DNA of 62,875 bases, filler included, from 6 parts of 6 records of this genome joined end to end with filler, not necessarily neighbours in it, one strand, 5' to 3'. Positions 48,263-58,814 are shown, numbered from the whole stretch's first letter. Numbers and translations: made by a program. The notes: generated from the sequence alone by a model not told the origin.

Positions 48263-49089
48263 GACATGTGTAGCGTGTTGGCCATGTCTTCAAGCTGTGG
48301 GTAGTGGCCTTCGCGGCAAATCAACAGGTTCTTCACGCGCCCGCTTAAATTGTCACCCAAGCCCAGCGCAATCAACTCTTGCTCGCATTGCTGAATCACC
48401 ATTTGTGCGGTGGTGGCGTTCGCCGTGGGCAAGGGCAGGTCTAGCCATGCGGATGGAATTCGAATTTGATTGCCCGCTGCGTTGAAGCGGCACCGTGGCA
48501 AGCTGCTGGCGTAGCTTGCGTAGTACGCGGGTTCTGGCCAGTCGAACCACAGTTCAATGCCGCTTGCCTCGCGCGTGCTGCCCATGGGGTTGAACAGGCT
48601 TTCAAACAAACGCCACACTTCAATCACAAAATTCTCAATGGCGAATTTGCGCACGGGTTCAAGCGGCATGGCTTCGCGTATGTGGCACACCAAAGTGCGT
48701 TCGTCTTCGCTGGTGTCAATGGTGTAGAAGGGCACTTTGGTGGGCAAAAAACGAATGCCCAGTTCAATGGCTTCGCGCAGGCTTGCACAGCTCATCAGGC
48801 CAAAGCCGATCATGCCCGCCTTGGTCAGGCTGCTTTGCAAGCCAATCTCAATGGCAATGTGTTCGCTTTGAAACAGCGCAAGCAAGTTCATCACCACCAG
48901 CCCGTGCTGCGCAGCCGCTATTCGCCCGTTGGGTACTTGAAGCTGCTGCAATGTCAGGCCGGTGTGTTCTAAAACCTGCCCGGCTTCAAAGCCACGCTGC
49001 ATGGCGTAGTTCACGAAAAACAGCGGGTAGGCTTGCGCCACAGTGGTTTGTTCCAGCAGCCGAAGCTGCGGGTGTTCTTTCAGTTCCAT
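48263..49089 (-). CDS. AraC family regulator (OruR/ArgR-type ligand domain), 3'-truncated
   Basis: GMIGFGLMSCASLREAI, LDLPLPTAN..QCEQEL and the start of the HTH LEDMANTLHM. Confidence 0.88.
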
Positions 49090-49508
49090 GCCCAGCACAC
49101 CAGCACAGCGCCTGCCACCAGCAACTGCACACTGTTGATGATCACGCTCAGGCGGTGTTTCGTATTGAATTCGGCGCCAGCTGCTTTGTCGCCGGCCAGT
49201 TCGCGGTCGCGCAGTTCATTGATTTGAAGCATCAGCACTTGCCGCGTGTACACACTGGCCAATCCGATCAGCGCGCTGGGCACAAGTACCCAGAACCCGC
49301 CGCCCGCAAGGCCTGCAAAAATAGCGCTGAGAAGACCAAAAACGATCACATAAAGGTAATACCAGGGAAACACAGCCCGTATGAATGGCCCGGCCTGTTC
49401 CATTGGCAGCTTGGTAAACACCAGCGGCGCGAACAAGGCCGAGAAGGCAAGGATGCCACCGAACAATCCGCCCAAGGCGAGTGTTGTTAATGCTTGAAAC
49501 CATTCCAT
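49080..49508 (-). CDS. DUF4149-type membrane protein
   Basis: APLVFTKLP..AGPFIRAVFPWYY and FNTKHRLSV; GGAG RBS. Confidence 0.8.
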   Translation of the reverse strand: MEWFQALTTLALGGLFGGILAFSALFAPLVFTKLPMEQAGPFIRAVFPWYYLYVIVFGLLSAIFAGLAGGGFWVLVPSALIGLASVYTRQVLMLQINELRDRELAGDKAAGAEFNTKHRLSVIINSVQLLVAGAVLVCWAWN

Positions 49509-49533
49509 GCTGCGCTCCTTGACTGCTTGCTTG

Positions 49534-49839
49534 TTAATGCATTGCTTGTGCCACTAGCTTGACACCAAATGCAGAGCATACTTTGCTAACAGTCTCAAAT
49601 CTCGGTGAGCTATTGTTTCTAAGTGCTTTGTAAAGTGCTTCGCGCGTAATGCCGGTGCATTTGGAAACTTCACTCATGCCCTTTGCGCGGGCGATGTCTC
49701 CAAGTGCAGCGGCCAGAAGTGCGGGGTCATTGCTTTCGAGAATATCGGTGAGGTAGGCCGCGATTGTCTCTGGGCTGTCCAAATGAGCGGCAATATCGAA
49801 ATCTTCAAGTTCGTTCATATCTATTGTTTTCGTGGTCAT
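49534..49839 (-). CDS. HTH antitoxin (addiction module antidote, HigA-like)
   Basis: ALGDIARAKGMSEV..GITREALYKAL..PRFETV; GGAG RBS; directly downstream of the toxin. Confidence 0.92.
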   Translation of the reverse strand: MTTKTIDMNELEDFDIAAHLDSPETIAAYLTDILESNDPALLAAALGDIARAKGMSEVSKCTGITREALYKALRNNSSPRFETVSKVCSAFGVKLVAQAMH

Positions 49840-49851
49840 TGCTTTAGCTCC

Positions 49852-50145
49852 TTAATCAAGCATGGATGCCAGTTCTTTTGCTTTCTTGATGTCTTTAGCT
49901 TGTGTTCCTTTACTTCCACCAACCAGTAACACAATAATTTTCCCGTGTCGTTCCGTGAAGTAGATTCGCCACCCTGCGCCGACATGAATTCGCAGTTCTG
50001 AAACGCCGTTTCCAACTGATTTGCTGTCGCCTTTTAAACCAAGTTCTATGCGCCGAAGGCGTCCAAGTATTGCGGCCTTAATAACCTTGTCTTCGAGTGA
50101 TTCAAGCCAAAGGGTAAATGCAGGAAGACTTTTTAGTTTGTACAT
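49852..50145 (-). CDS. RelE/ParE-superfamily toxin (addiction module killer, HigB-like)
   Basis: FTLWLESL, GDSKSVGNGVSELRIHVGAGWRIYF and LLVGGSKGTQAKDI. Confidence 0.92.
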   Translation of the reverse strand: MYKLKSLPAFTLWLESLEDKVIKAAILGRLRRIELGLKGDSKSVGNGVSELRIHVGAGWRIYFTERHGKIIVLLVGGSKGTQAKDIKKAKELASMLD

Positions 50146-50153
50146 TTGTTTTT

Positions 50154-50173
50154 ATTGTAATCGATCGATTACA
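50154..50173 (-). promoter_or_regulatory. TA promoter -10 box inside an 18-bp perfect palindromic operator
   Basis: TGTAATCGATCGATTACA at 50156-50173; minus-strand TACAAT lies 8 nt before the toxin ATG. Confidence 0.75.
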
Positions 50174-50339
50174 CATTTAAAAGTATGAAATAACTCTTTT
50201 TGTAACTTCCAAGAATATTCAGTTCGGTTGGCGTGGCCCAAATTGACTCTAAAGTCGTCACTTTTCACACTCACGCCAGTTGCCAACAGCCACCTACACT
50301 GAAAGTCATCAAAAATCATTACAACAAGAGACACATTCC

Positions 50340-51884
50340 ATGACACAAGAAACACAGAACATTCTTGAAGTTGCAATTGTTGGCGCGGGCGTTTCTGGCC
50401 TGGGCATGGGCATTCAGCTACTGAAAGCCGGTGAAACCAACTTCATGATTTTCGACAAGGGCCACGATGTGGGCGGCACCTGGCGCGACAACACTTACCC
50501 CGGTTGCGGCTGCGACGTAAAAAGCAGCCTGTACAGCTATTCATTCGAGCCGTGGGCTGAATGGAGCAACAGCTACGCCAAGCAAGGCGAAATTTACAAA
50601 TACCTGCGCCATTGCGCCACCAAATACGGTGTGTACCCACACCTTCAGTTCAACACCAGCATTACAGGGTCGGCGTTCGATGAAGAAACCGGTTTGTGGA
50701 ACATTTCCACTGCAGATGGAAAAACCATTCAGGCCCGCAATGTGGTTACCGCAGTTGGCCCTTTCAGTGCACCGAAGGTTGCTGAATTCAAGGGCGCAGA
50801 AACATTCAAAGGCACTACTGTGCACACCGCGGCCTGGGATCATTCAGTTGAACTGGAAGGCAAGCGCGTTGGCTTGATTGGCACCGGTGCCACGGCTGTG
50901 CAGGTTGGCCCGGCGATTGCAGACAAAGTGAAAAACCTGGTGGTGTTTCAACGCACTGCGAACTGGATCATGCCGCGCCCCGACCGCAACATTGAAGAGG
51001 CCGAAAAAGCACAGAACCGCAAAGCGCCCTTCAACATGAAAATGAACCGCCTGGGTGTGTACTGGTTCAATGAACTGACTGCACCGTTCCTTATTTTAAA
51101 GTACGACATGTTCAAGGCACAGCCCCAGAAAATGTCCAGCCGCTATTTGGCCCGCAAGGTGAAAGACCCCGAGCTGCGCAAAAAGCTGACACCTACTTTC
51201 AAATTTGGCTGCAAACGCGTGCTGGTCAGTTCCGACTGGTACCCCACCATGCAGAAAGAACACGTGCACCTGGAAACCAATGCCATTGACTGCATCACTG
51301 AAAAAGGCATTCGCACCGCCGATGGTGTTGAGCATGAACTTGATGTGATCATTTATGCCACTGGCTACGAAGTGCGCCACACCGGTTCACCCATCGACAC
51401 CAAGGGCATTGGCGGCGCCAGTTTGAACGAGAAGTGGAAAGACGGTTCAGAAGCCTACCAGGGCATTTCAACAGCCGGATTCCCCAACCTGTATTTCCTT
51501 GTGGGCCCGTTCACCGGCCCTGGCCACACCTCGGTTATTGCTTATGCGGAAGCGCAAATTGGCTACGTGATTCAGGCCATCAAGCTGCGCCAAAAGCGCA
51601 ACCTGAAAGCCATTTCCGTGAAGCCCGAGGTGGAACAAAAGTTTGTGAATACCATGGACTTTCGCAGCGACCACACTGTGTGGAAAAGTGGTTGTGCCAG
51701 CTGGTACTTAAGCCCCAATGGCCGCAACAACACCCTGTACCCCGGTTTGAACGCCGAGTACCGCATGCGTGTTGCGCGTTTCAACCCGGCAGAATATGTG
51801 TTGACCGGCAGTTGCGGCAACATGGTCAAACCCAAAATTGCGGACCACATTCGCACTGGTTGGATGGCACTAAAGGTGGCTTGA
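50340..51884 (+). CDS. type I Baeyer-Villiger / flavin-containing monooxygenase
   Basis: GAGVSG, GGTWRDNTYPG, fingerprint FKGTTVHTAAWD, GTGATA and ATGY. Confidence 0.92.
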   Translation: MTQETQNILEVAIVGAGVSGLGMGIQLLKAGETNFMIFDKGHDVGGTWRDNTYPGCGCDVKSSLYSYSFEPWAEWSNSYAKQGEIYKYLRHCATKYGVYPHLQFNTSITGSAFDEETGLWNISTADGKTIQARNVVTAVGPFSAPKVAEFKGAETFKGTTVHTAAWDHSVELEGKRVGLIGTGATAVQVGPAIADKVKNLVVFQRTANWIMPRPDRNIEEAEKAQNRKAPFNMKMNRLGVYWFNELTAPFLILKYDMFKAQPQKMSSRYLARKVKDPELRKKLTPTFKFGCKRVLVSSDWYPTMQKEHVHLETNAIDCITEKGIRTADGVEHELDVIIYATGYEVRHTGSPIDTKGIGGASLNEKWKDGSEAYQGISTAGFPNLYFLVGPFTGPGHTSVIAYAEAQIGYVIQAIKLRQKRNLKAISVKPEVEQKFVNTMDFRSDHTVWKSGCASWYLSPNGRNNTLYPGLNAEYRMRVARFNPAEYVLTGSCGNMVKPKIADHIRTGWMALKVA

Positions 51885-51980
51885 TTAAACTGCGGCATAA
51901 GCCCATGCAGACTGGACATGGGTATTGAAATTGCAACCTAACAGGCAGACACTGGGCGTTCACCTTTTTGGAGAACATCC

Positions 51981-53636
51981 ATGTCCACAACAGGCACCAA
52001 AGCCTCCGATTTATTTGTACAGGCCCTTGAAGCAGAAGGCGTTAAACACATTTTTGCTGTACCTGGTGAAGAAAATCTGGACATGGTTGAAAGCCTGCGC
52101 AACAGCAGCATCAAGCTGGTGCTTACCCGCCACGAGCAGGGTGCGGGCTTCATGGCTGCCACCTACGGCCGTTTAACTGGCCGGGCTGGCGTGTGCATGG
52201 CCACCCTCGGCCCCGGAGCCACCAACTTCACCACCCCGGCTGCCTATGCGCACCTGGGCGCGTTTCCGCTGATCATGATCACCGGGCAAAAGCCCATCAA
52301 GAAGTCCAAGCAAGGGCAGTTTCAAATTATCGACGTAGTCAACCTGTTTGCGCCCATTTGCAAAATGAGCAAACAGATTGTTCATGGCAACAACATTCCT
52401 GCCTTGGTGCGTGAAGCATTTCGCGTGGCCGAAGAAGAGCGCCCCGGCGCAGTGCTGCTAGAGCTTCCCGAAGACATTGCAGCAGAACCTACCACCGCGT
52501 TGGTAATTCCGCGTGGTGAGCGCCACTACGCCGTGGCCGACGACGTGGTGCTGAACGAAGCCGTGTCCATGATCCGCTCGGCCCGCATGCCGCTGGTGTT
52601 GCTGGGGGCCGGGGCCAACCGCAAGCAAGCCCGCCTGGCCTTGCAGGAATTTATTGAAACCACCGGCATTCCCTTTTTCAGCACGCAAATGGGCAAGGGC
52701 GTGGTTGACGAAGGTTCGCCACATTTTCTGGGCACCGCTGCGCTTTCTGATGGTGATTATTTGCATTGCGCCATTGAGCGGGCTGACCTGATCATCAACG
52801 TGGGGCACGACGTGGTTGAAAAGCCCCCGTTCTTCATGGCCATTGGCGGCAAGAAAGTAATTCACGTGAATTACCGTTCTGCCAAAGTAGATCAAGTGTA
52901 TTTTCCACAGTGCGAAGTGGTGGGCGATTTGGCCCGTTCCGTGCAAAAGCTGACCCAAAAAATTGGTGGCAAAGTGGTGTGCGACCTGGCCTACTTCAAC
53001 CGTATTCGTGAAGAAGTTGAACTGCACATCAAGGAAGGTGCTGACGACGATCGTTTCCCGATTATTCCCCAGCGCTTGGTGGCCGAAACCCGCCGGGCCA
53101 TGGGCACCAAAGACATAATTGCGTTGGACAACGGCATTTACAAACTGTGGTACGCCCGCAATTACAAGGCCTACGAGCCCAACACCGTGCTGCTGGACAA
53201 TGCGCTGGCCACCATGGGTGCCGGTTTGCCCTCGGCCATGATGGCTGCCATGTTGTACCCTGACCGGCGTGTTATGGCCATATGTGGCGACGGCGGCTTC
53301 ATGATGAATTCGCAAGAAATTGAAACTGCTGTGCGCCTGAAGCTGAACCTGGTCGTTACCATTTTGAACGACAGTTCTTACGGCATGATCCGCTGGAAGC
53401 AGGAACACGCGGGCTTTGCCGATTGGGGGCTTGAATTTGGCAACCCCGACTTTGTAAAGTACGCTGAAGCTTATGGTGCCACAGGCCACCGTGTGGGCAG
53501 TGCCGCTGAACTGGTGCCCACGTTCGACCGGGCATTCAAGGCCGGTGGCGTACACATTGTGGACGTGCCGGTGGACTATTCTGAAAACAAGAAGGTATTG
53601 ATCGACGAACTGGCCGCCAAGGTGTGTTTGATATGA
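51981..53636 (+). CDS. ThDP-dependent enzyme, acetolactate synthase large subunit-like
   Basis: PGEENL, RHEQGA, TLGPGATN and TPP motif GDGGFMM..ND; GGAG RBS. Confidence 0.9.
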   Translation: MSTTGTKASDLFVQALEAEGVKHIFAVPGEENLDMVESLRNSSIKLVLTRHEQGAGFMAATYGRLTGRAGVCMATLGPGATNFTTPAAYAHLGAFPLIMITGQKPIKKSKQGQFQIIDVVNLFAPICKMSKQIVHGNNIPALVREAFRVAEEERPGAVLLELPEDIAAEPTTALVIPRGERHYAVADDVVLNEAVSMIRSARMPLVLLGAGANRKQARLALQEFIETTGIPFFSTQMGKGVVDEGSPHFLGTAALSDGDYLHCAIERADLIINVGHDVVEKPPFFMAIGGKKVIHVNYRSAKVDQVYFPQCEVVGDLARSVQKLTQKIGGKVVCDLAYFNRIREEVELHIKEGADDDRFPIIPQRLVAETRRAMGTKDIIALDNGIYKLWYARNYKAYEPNTVLLDNALATMGAGLPSAMMAAMLYPDRRVMAICGDGGFMMNSQEIETAVRLKLNLVVTILNDSSYGMIRWKQEHAGFADWGLEFGNPDFVKYAEAYGATGHRVGSAAELVPTFDRAFKAGGVHIVDVPVDYSENKKVLIDELAAKVCLI

Positions 53637-54251
53637 GCAACTCAATGAACAAATCAACTCTTGAAGTCGTCAACCCCTTTGACCTGAAACCGATCGGCGA
53701 AGTGCCACTGGTCGATTGGCCTACCATTGATGGCTGGCTGAACACCGCCAGCCAGCTTCACAAAACCCGCGCCAACTGGCTACCCATGCACAGGCGCATC
53801 GCCATTCTGAAAAAAACTGCGCAGCTGATGCAGGGCCGCTTCGATGAACTGGCCTTTCAAATTGCCAATGAAGGTGGAAAACCCTTGATGGACGCCAAGG
53901 TCGAAGTAACCCGCGCCATTGACGGAGTCGAGCTGTGCATCAAAGAACTGGGCCACCTTGTGGGCACTGAAATACCCATGGACCTGACCGCTGCCGGCGC
54001 GGGCCGCATGGCGTTTACCACCCGCGAACCCATCGGCCCGGTCGTGGCCGTGTCCGCGTTTAACCACCCGCTGAACCTGATCGTGCACCAGGTGGGGCCT
54101 GCCGTTGCAGCGGGGTGCCCTGTGTTGGTGAAGCCAGCCAGTGCCACGCCGCTTAGCTGCAGGGCCTTCGTGAACATGCTGTATGAAGCGGGCTTGCCCG
54201 AAGAGTGGTGCCGTTTTGCACCCTGCAAAAGCGATGTGGCCGAGCAAATGG
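53633..54251 (+). CDS. aldehyde dehydrogenase, 3'-truncated
   Basis: EGGKP, REPIGPV..AFNHPLN and VKPA..TPLS; ATGA overlap with the upstream gene. Confidence 0.92.
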
Positions 54252-54351
54252 NNNNNNNNNNNNNNNNNNNNNNNNNNNNNNNNNNNNNNNNNNNNTTAAT
54301 TAATTAANNNNNNNNNNNNNNNNNNNNNNNNNNNNNNNNNNNNNNNNNNNN
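54252..54351. other. artificial contig spacer
   Basis: 44 N + TTAATTAATTAA + 44 N. Confidence 0.98.
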
Positions 54352-57300
54352 GCCGCCGATCACCGCGATCGCCATCGGCGCGCGGAACGAGCCGCCTTCG
54401 CCGACGCCGAGTGCCGACGGCAGCATGCCTGCCGACATGGCGATCGAGGTCATCACGATCGGACGCGCCCGCTTCTGCCCGGCCTCGATCATCGCTTCCA
54501 CCCGGTCGCGGCCGGTCCGGATCAGTTCTACTGCGAAGTCGACCAGCAGGATGGCGTTCTTGGTGACGATGCCCATCAGCATCAGGATGCCGATCAGCAC
54601 CGGCATCGACAGCGCGTTGTTGGTCAGGATCAGGCCCGCGGCGACGCCGCCGATGGCGAGCGGCAGCGAGAACAGGATGGTGAACGGCTGGATCACGTCC
54701 TTGAACAGAAGGATCAGCACGGTCAGCACCAGCAGTAGCCCCATCAGCATGGCGTTGAGGAAGCTGTCCATCAGCTCGTTCTGGACCTCCGCATCACCCG
54801 ATTCCAGCACCTGAACGCCGGCCGGAAGCTCGGTCGAGGCGACGATTTCGTTGAACCGGCTCTTGGCCGTGTCCAGCGCCACGCCGATCGGCAGGCTGGC
54901 GCCGATGGTCGCCTGGCGTTCCCGGTTGAAGCGCTTGATGGTCGATGGCCCCTGGGTGATGACGATATCGGCCACGGTCTTGAGCGGCACCGTCACCCCC
55001 TTGGAGGTCTGGACGCGCAGGTTGCCGATCCGGTCGATATCGGTCCGGTAGTTGGGATCGAGCTGCACCCGGATCGGGATCTGGCGGTTGTCGAGCGAGA
55101 TCTTGGCAAGTGCCGCGTCGACATCGCCGATGGTTGCGACCCGGACCGTCTCGGCGATCCGCGACGTGGTCACGCCCAGCCGGGCTGCCTCCTCGAGCCG
55201 CGGGCGGATCTGCACTTCGGGCCGCGGCAGCGAACCCGAAACGCTGACGCTCGACAGCACGCTCTCGGCCTTGAGCTTCGGTTCAAGCAGGGCAACTGCC
55301 CGGTCGATCGCCGCGTCATCGGTCGAGATCACGTTGTAACTCAGGTCGCGTTCGCCACGGTCGTTGAGCTTGTAGGCGCGGATATCGGGAATGACCGCGA
55401 GCTTGTCGAAGATCTCGGTCTCGATCTCCGCCTGCGAGCGGACCCGGCCCAGCACTTCCATGCGCGGCAGCGATTGGGAGATGAAGGGAACCGCGCCGGC
55501 CAGGCCGTTGACGACCTTCTTGACGATGGAGTGCTCGATCTTCTCGAGCATCACCGACACCGAGGCGCGGCGGATGTCGAGCTCGCCGCGCGGCGAGGTG
55601 CCGCCCAGGATAAAGACGCTCTCGACGCCCTCGACATCCTTGATGATGTCGTACATCGCACTCGTGGTGGCGTCGGTGTCATCGAGCGTTGCGCCGGGCG
55701 GCAGCTCGACGCTGATCGAGACCCGGGAGACGTCCTCCGGCGGCAGGAACGAGCCCGGCACCTGGGCCATGAAGTAGACGGCGACCACCAGCGATCCGAT
55801 GGCTGCGAGCAAGGTGGTGTACCTCCAGCGCAGGGTCTTGGAGATGAACCAGGTGTAGCCGCGCATGATTCGCCCGCCGCCCTCGGCTTCCTCGTGGGCG
55901 TCGCTGTCGCGCATCAGGTAGGCGGCCATCATCGGCGTGATCAGACGCGCCACCAGCAGCGAGAACATCACCGCCACGGCCACCGTCATGCCGAACTGGA
56001 TGAAATATTGCCCCGGGATGCCGGGCATGAACGATACAGGCACGAACACCGCGATGATGGTGAAGGTGGTGGCGATCACGGCGAGGCCGATCTCGTCGGC
56101 GGCCTCGACCGCGGCCCGGTAGGGCGTCTTGCCCATGCGGATGTGTCGCGAGATGTTCTCCACCTCGACGATCGCGTCGTCGACCAGGATCCCCGTCGCC
56201 AGCGTGATCGCGAGCAGGCTCACCAGGTTGAGCGAGAAGCCGAGCAGGTCCATCACGTAGAATGTCGGAATGGCGGACAGCGGCAGCGCGATCGCCGCGA
56301 TCATGGTTGCCCGCCAGTTCCTGAGGAACAGGAGCACCACCAGAACGGCGAGCAGCGCGCCCTCGACCAGCGTGTGCAGCGCAGATTCATAGTTGCCGTA
56401 GGTGTAGAACACCGTGTCGTCGACCGGGATCAGCTGCACATTGGGATAGTCGGCGCGGATCCCGTCGAGCGTTTCCGTGACCACTTCGGACACTGAAATC
56501 TCGCTGGCGCCCTTGGAGCGGAACACCGCAAACGAGACCACCTGGTCGCCGTTGAACCGGCCGAAGGATCTCAGTTCCTCGTAGGTGTCGTGCACGGTGC
56601 CGAGATCGCTCAGCCGGACATGGCGTCCATTCGGCAGCGCGATCGTGGTGTTGGCCAGCGCCGTCACGTCCTGGGCATCGCCGAGCGTGCGGATCACCTG
56701 CTCGCGGTTGCCGATCTCGCCGCGGCCGCCACCGAGATTGGCGTTGGTGGCGCGCAGCTGCAGGTTCACGTCGGCCGCGGTGATGCCGTAGGAATCGAGC
56801 CGCGCCGGGTCGAGCTCGATGCGGATTTCCCGGTCGGCGCCGCCATAGCGGTCAACCTTTCCGACGCCGCGCTGGCCCTGCAGCGCCCGCTTGATGGTGT
56901 CGTCGACAAACCAGGAGGCTTCCTCCAGCGTCATGTCCGGCGCATGCACCGCAAAGGTCATGATCGCCTGACCTTCGACATCGACGCGGGTGACGATCGG
57001 TTCCTCCACCGAGGCCGGCAGATCGCCGCGCACCCGGTCGATGGCGTCCTTGACGTCCTGCACGGCCTGGTCGGTCGGTACTTCCATTCGGAAGATCACA
57101 TTGGTGGTGGAGATGCCGTCGGAGACGGTCGAGGCGATGTCGTCGACCCCGGTGATGCCGGCTACCGCATCCTCGATCTCCTTGGTGATCTGCGCTTCCA
57201 TCTCCGAGGGAGCGGCGCCCGACTGCACCACGGTGATTGCCACCAGCGGCACGTCGATATTGGGAAACCGGGTGATCGGCAGGGTGAAGAAGGACTGTAT

Positions 57301-57375
57301 GCCGACAATCGTCAGCAGCGCGAATGCCAGGATCGGAGCGATCGGATTGCGGATGGCCCAGGCGGAAAAGTTCAT
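54352..57375 (-). CDS. RND efflux permease (AcrB/MdtB-like), 3'-truncated
   Basis: MNFSAWAIRNP, GILVDDAIVEVEN, GIVTKNAILLVDF and RARPIVMT. Confidence 0.95.
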
Positions 57376-57385
57376 CGCGGCTGCC

Positions 57386-58528
57386 TCACTCGGTGATTGC
57401 GGCAACTGCGCCGCTGTCGGTTTCTTCCACCGGTGTGACCCGGTCGCCGTCGCGCACGAACGCGCCGGCCTTGGCGACGATCAGGCCACCGCTGGTCAGG
57501 CCGTCGACGATCTCCACCCTGGCGCCCTCACGGATGCCGGTGGTCACCGCCGTCCGCCTGGCGATCCCGTCCTCGATCCGGAGCACATCCGCGCCATTGG
57601 CGCCCATGTTCACCGATGTCACCGGCACGGTGATGGCGTCGCGTGTCGCCACGATGATCTCCGCATCGGCGAACATGCCGGCGCGCAGGCCCGCATTGTC
57701 GTCGATTGCGATCCGCGCCATGCCCAGCCGCGTCGTGGTGTTGAGCGTCGGCTCGATCAGCCGGATCGTGCCCTTGGCGGGGTTTGGCGCACCGATGAGA
57801 TGGATCAGCACGCTCTGGCCTTCGGCGATCCTGTGCATGTCGGCTTCGGCGATGTCGGCGCGCATTTCCAGCTCGCCATCCTTGATGATGGTGAACAGCG
57901 GACCGGCGCCGGCGCTGGCGATCGATCCGACACGGGCGCCGCGCGCCGAGACGATGCCGGAGACCGGCGCCTTGACCTCGGTCCGAGCCAGCCGCAGGTC
58001 TACATCCTTCATCTGCGCGTCGATCAGCGCGATGTCGGCCTGCGCCACCTTGATCGATTCCTCGACCGAGCGGACCCGTGCAAGTGCCGCCGTGGCCTGG
58101 GCTTCGGCCTGTTCGGCCTGCACGGTCGAATAGGTACCCTGCTCGGCAAGCGTCCTGGCGCGATTGCTCGTCTTCACCGTCTCGGCGGCATTCGACTGGA
58201 CTTCGGCCAGTTGCGCCTCGAGCTGGGCTATGGCGGCAAGCGCCTTGGCGCGGTTTGCCTCGTACTGGCTGCGCTGCAGGATCAGCTGGTCACTGGACAG
58301 CGTCGCCAGCACCGACCCCGCCTCGACACGGTCGCCGACATCGGCCTCAAGACTTTCAATCGCCAGGCCTTCGACCTGCGGTGCGACCAGAACTTCCTCG
58401 ACCGCCGCGATGGTGCCGTTGGACAGGATGCGGTCGGTGATCGGGGCTTCGGTCGCCCTCACGGCGATGATGGCGGGCGGCAGCGCGCCCGTTGCAGGCG
58501 CTTTCTCGGCGTCGACTGCTCCGGCCGG
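57386..58528 (-). CDS. RND periplasmic adaptor (membrane fusion protein), 5'-truncated
   Basis: Lipoyl halves ADVGDRVEAGSVLATL and KAPVSGIV around a coiled coil, LRAGMFA; frame open to the contig edge. Confidence 0.92.
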   Translation of the reverse strand, partial: PAGAVDAEKAPATGALPPAIIAVRATEAPITDRILSNGTIAAVEEVLVAPQVEGLAIESLEADVGDRVEAGSVLATLSSDQLILQRSQYEANRAKALAAIAQLEAQLAEVQSNAAETVKTSNRARTLAEQGTYSTVQAEQAEAQATAALARVRSVEESIKVAQADIALIDAQMKDVDLRLARTEVKAPVSGIVSARGARVGSIASAGAGPLFTIIKDGELEMRADIAEADMHRIAEGQSVLIHLIGAPNPAKGTIRLIEPTLNTTTRLGMARIAIDDNAGLRAGMFADAEIIVATRDAITVPVTSVNMGANGADVLRIEDGIARRTAVTTGIREGARVEIVDGLTSGGLIVAKAGAFVRDGDRVTPVEETDSGAVAAITE

Positions 58529-58530
58529 AA

Positions 58531-58630
58531 NNNNNNNNNNNNNNNNNNNNNNNNNNNNNNNNNNNNNNNNNNNNTTAATTAATTAANNNNNNNNNNNNNN
58601 NNNNNNNNNNNNNNNNNNNNNNNNNNNNNN
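58531..58630. other. artificial contig spacer
   Basis: 44 N + TTAATTAATTAA + 44 N. Confidence 0.98.
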
Positions 58631-58744
58631 GAACTGGTGATGGCGTTCGAAGAAGAATTCGGCGTCGAGATCCCTGACGATGCAGCCGACACCATCCTGA
58701 CCGTTGGTGACGCAGTCAAGTTCATCTCGTCGGCTCAGGCCTGA
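58631..58744 (+). CDS. acpP: acyl carrier protein, 5'-truncated (absent from ORF track)
   Basis: Manual translation [37 protein letters not shown]; directly upstream of fabF. Confidence 0.95.
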   Translation, partial: ELVMAFEEEFGVEIPDDAADTILTVGDAVKFISSAQA

Positions 58745-58785
58745 TTGGACTTCAATTGACCGGCGGATCCTTTTCCGCTGTCCGG

Positions 58786-58814
58786 ACCGGCGCAGCACCT
58801 GCGCCGGTTTGTTT
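58786..58814 (+). terminator. intrinsic terminator-like hairpin between acpP and fabF
   Basis: ACCGGCGCAG-CAC-CTGCGCCGGT followed by TTGTTT. Confidence 0.75.

Noticed and set aside
47490..49508. Functional link between the DUF1559 cassette and the AraC/TA/BVMO genes
   Set aside because: Separated by an artificial spacer and derived from different organisms.
52458..53657. 399-aa antisense ORF to the ThDP enzyme
   Set aside because: Shadow frame produced by codon bias; no recognisable motifs.
55474..58582. Long plus-strand ORFs (340, 268 and 530 aa) opposite the RND genes
   Set aside because: High-GC antisense frames are depleted of stops; no domain evidence.
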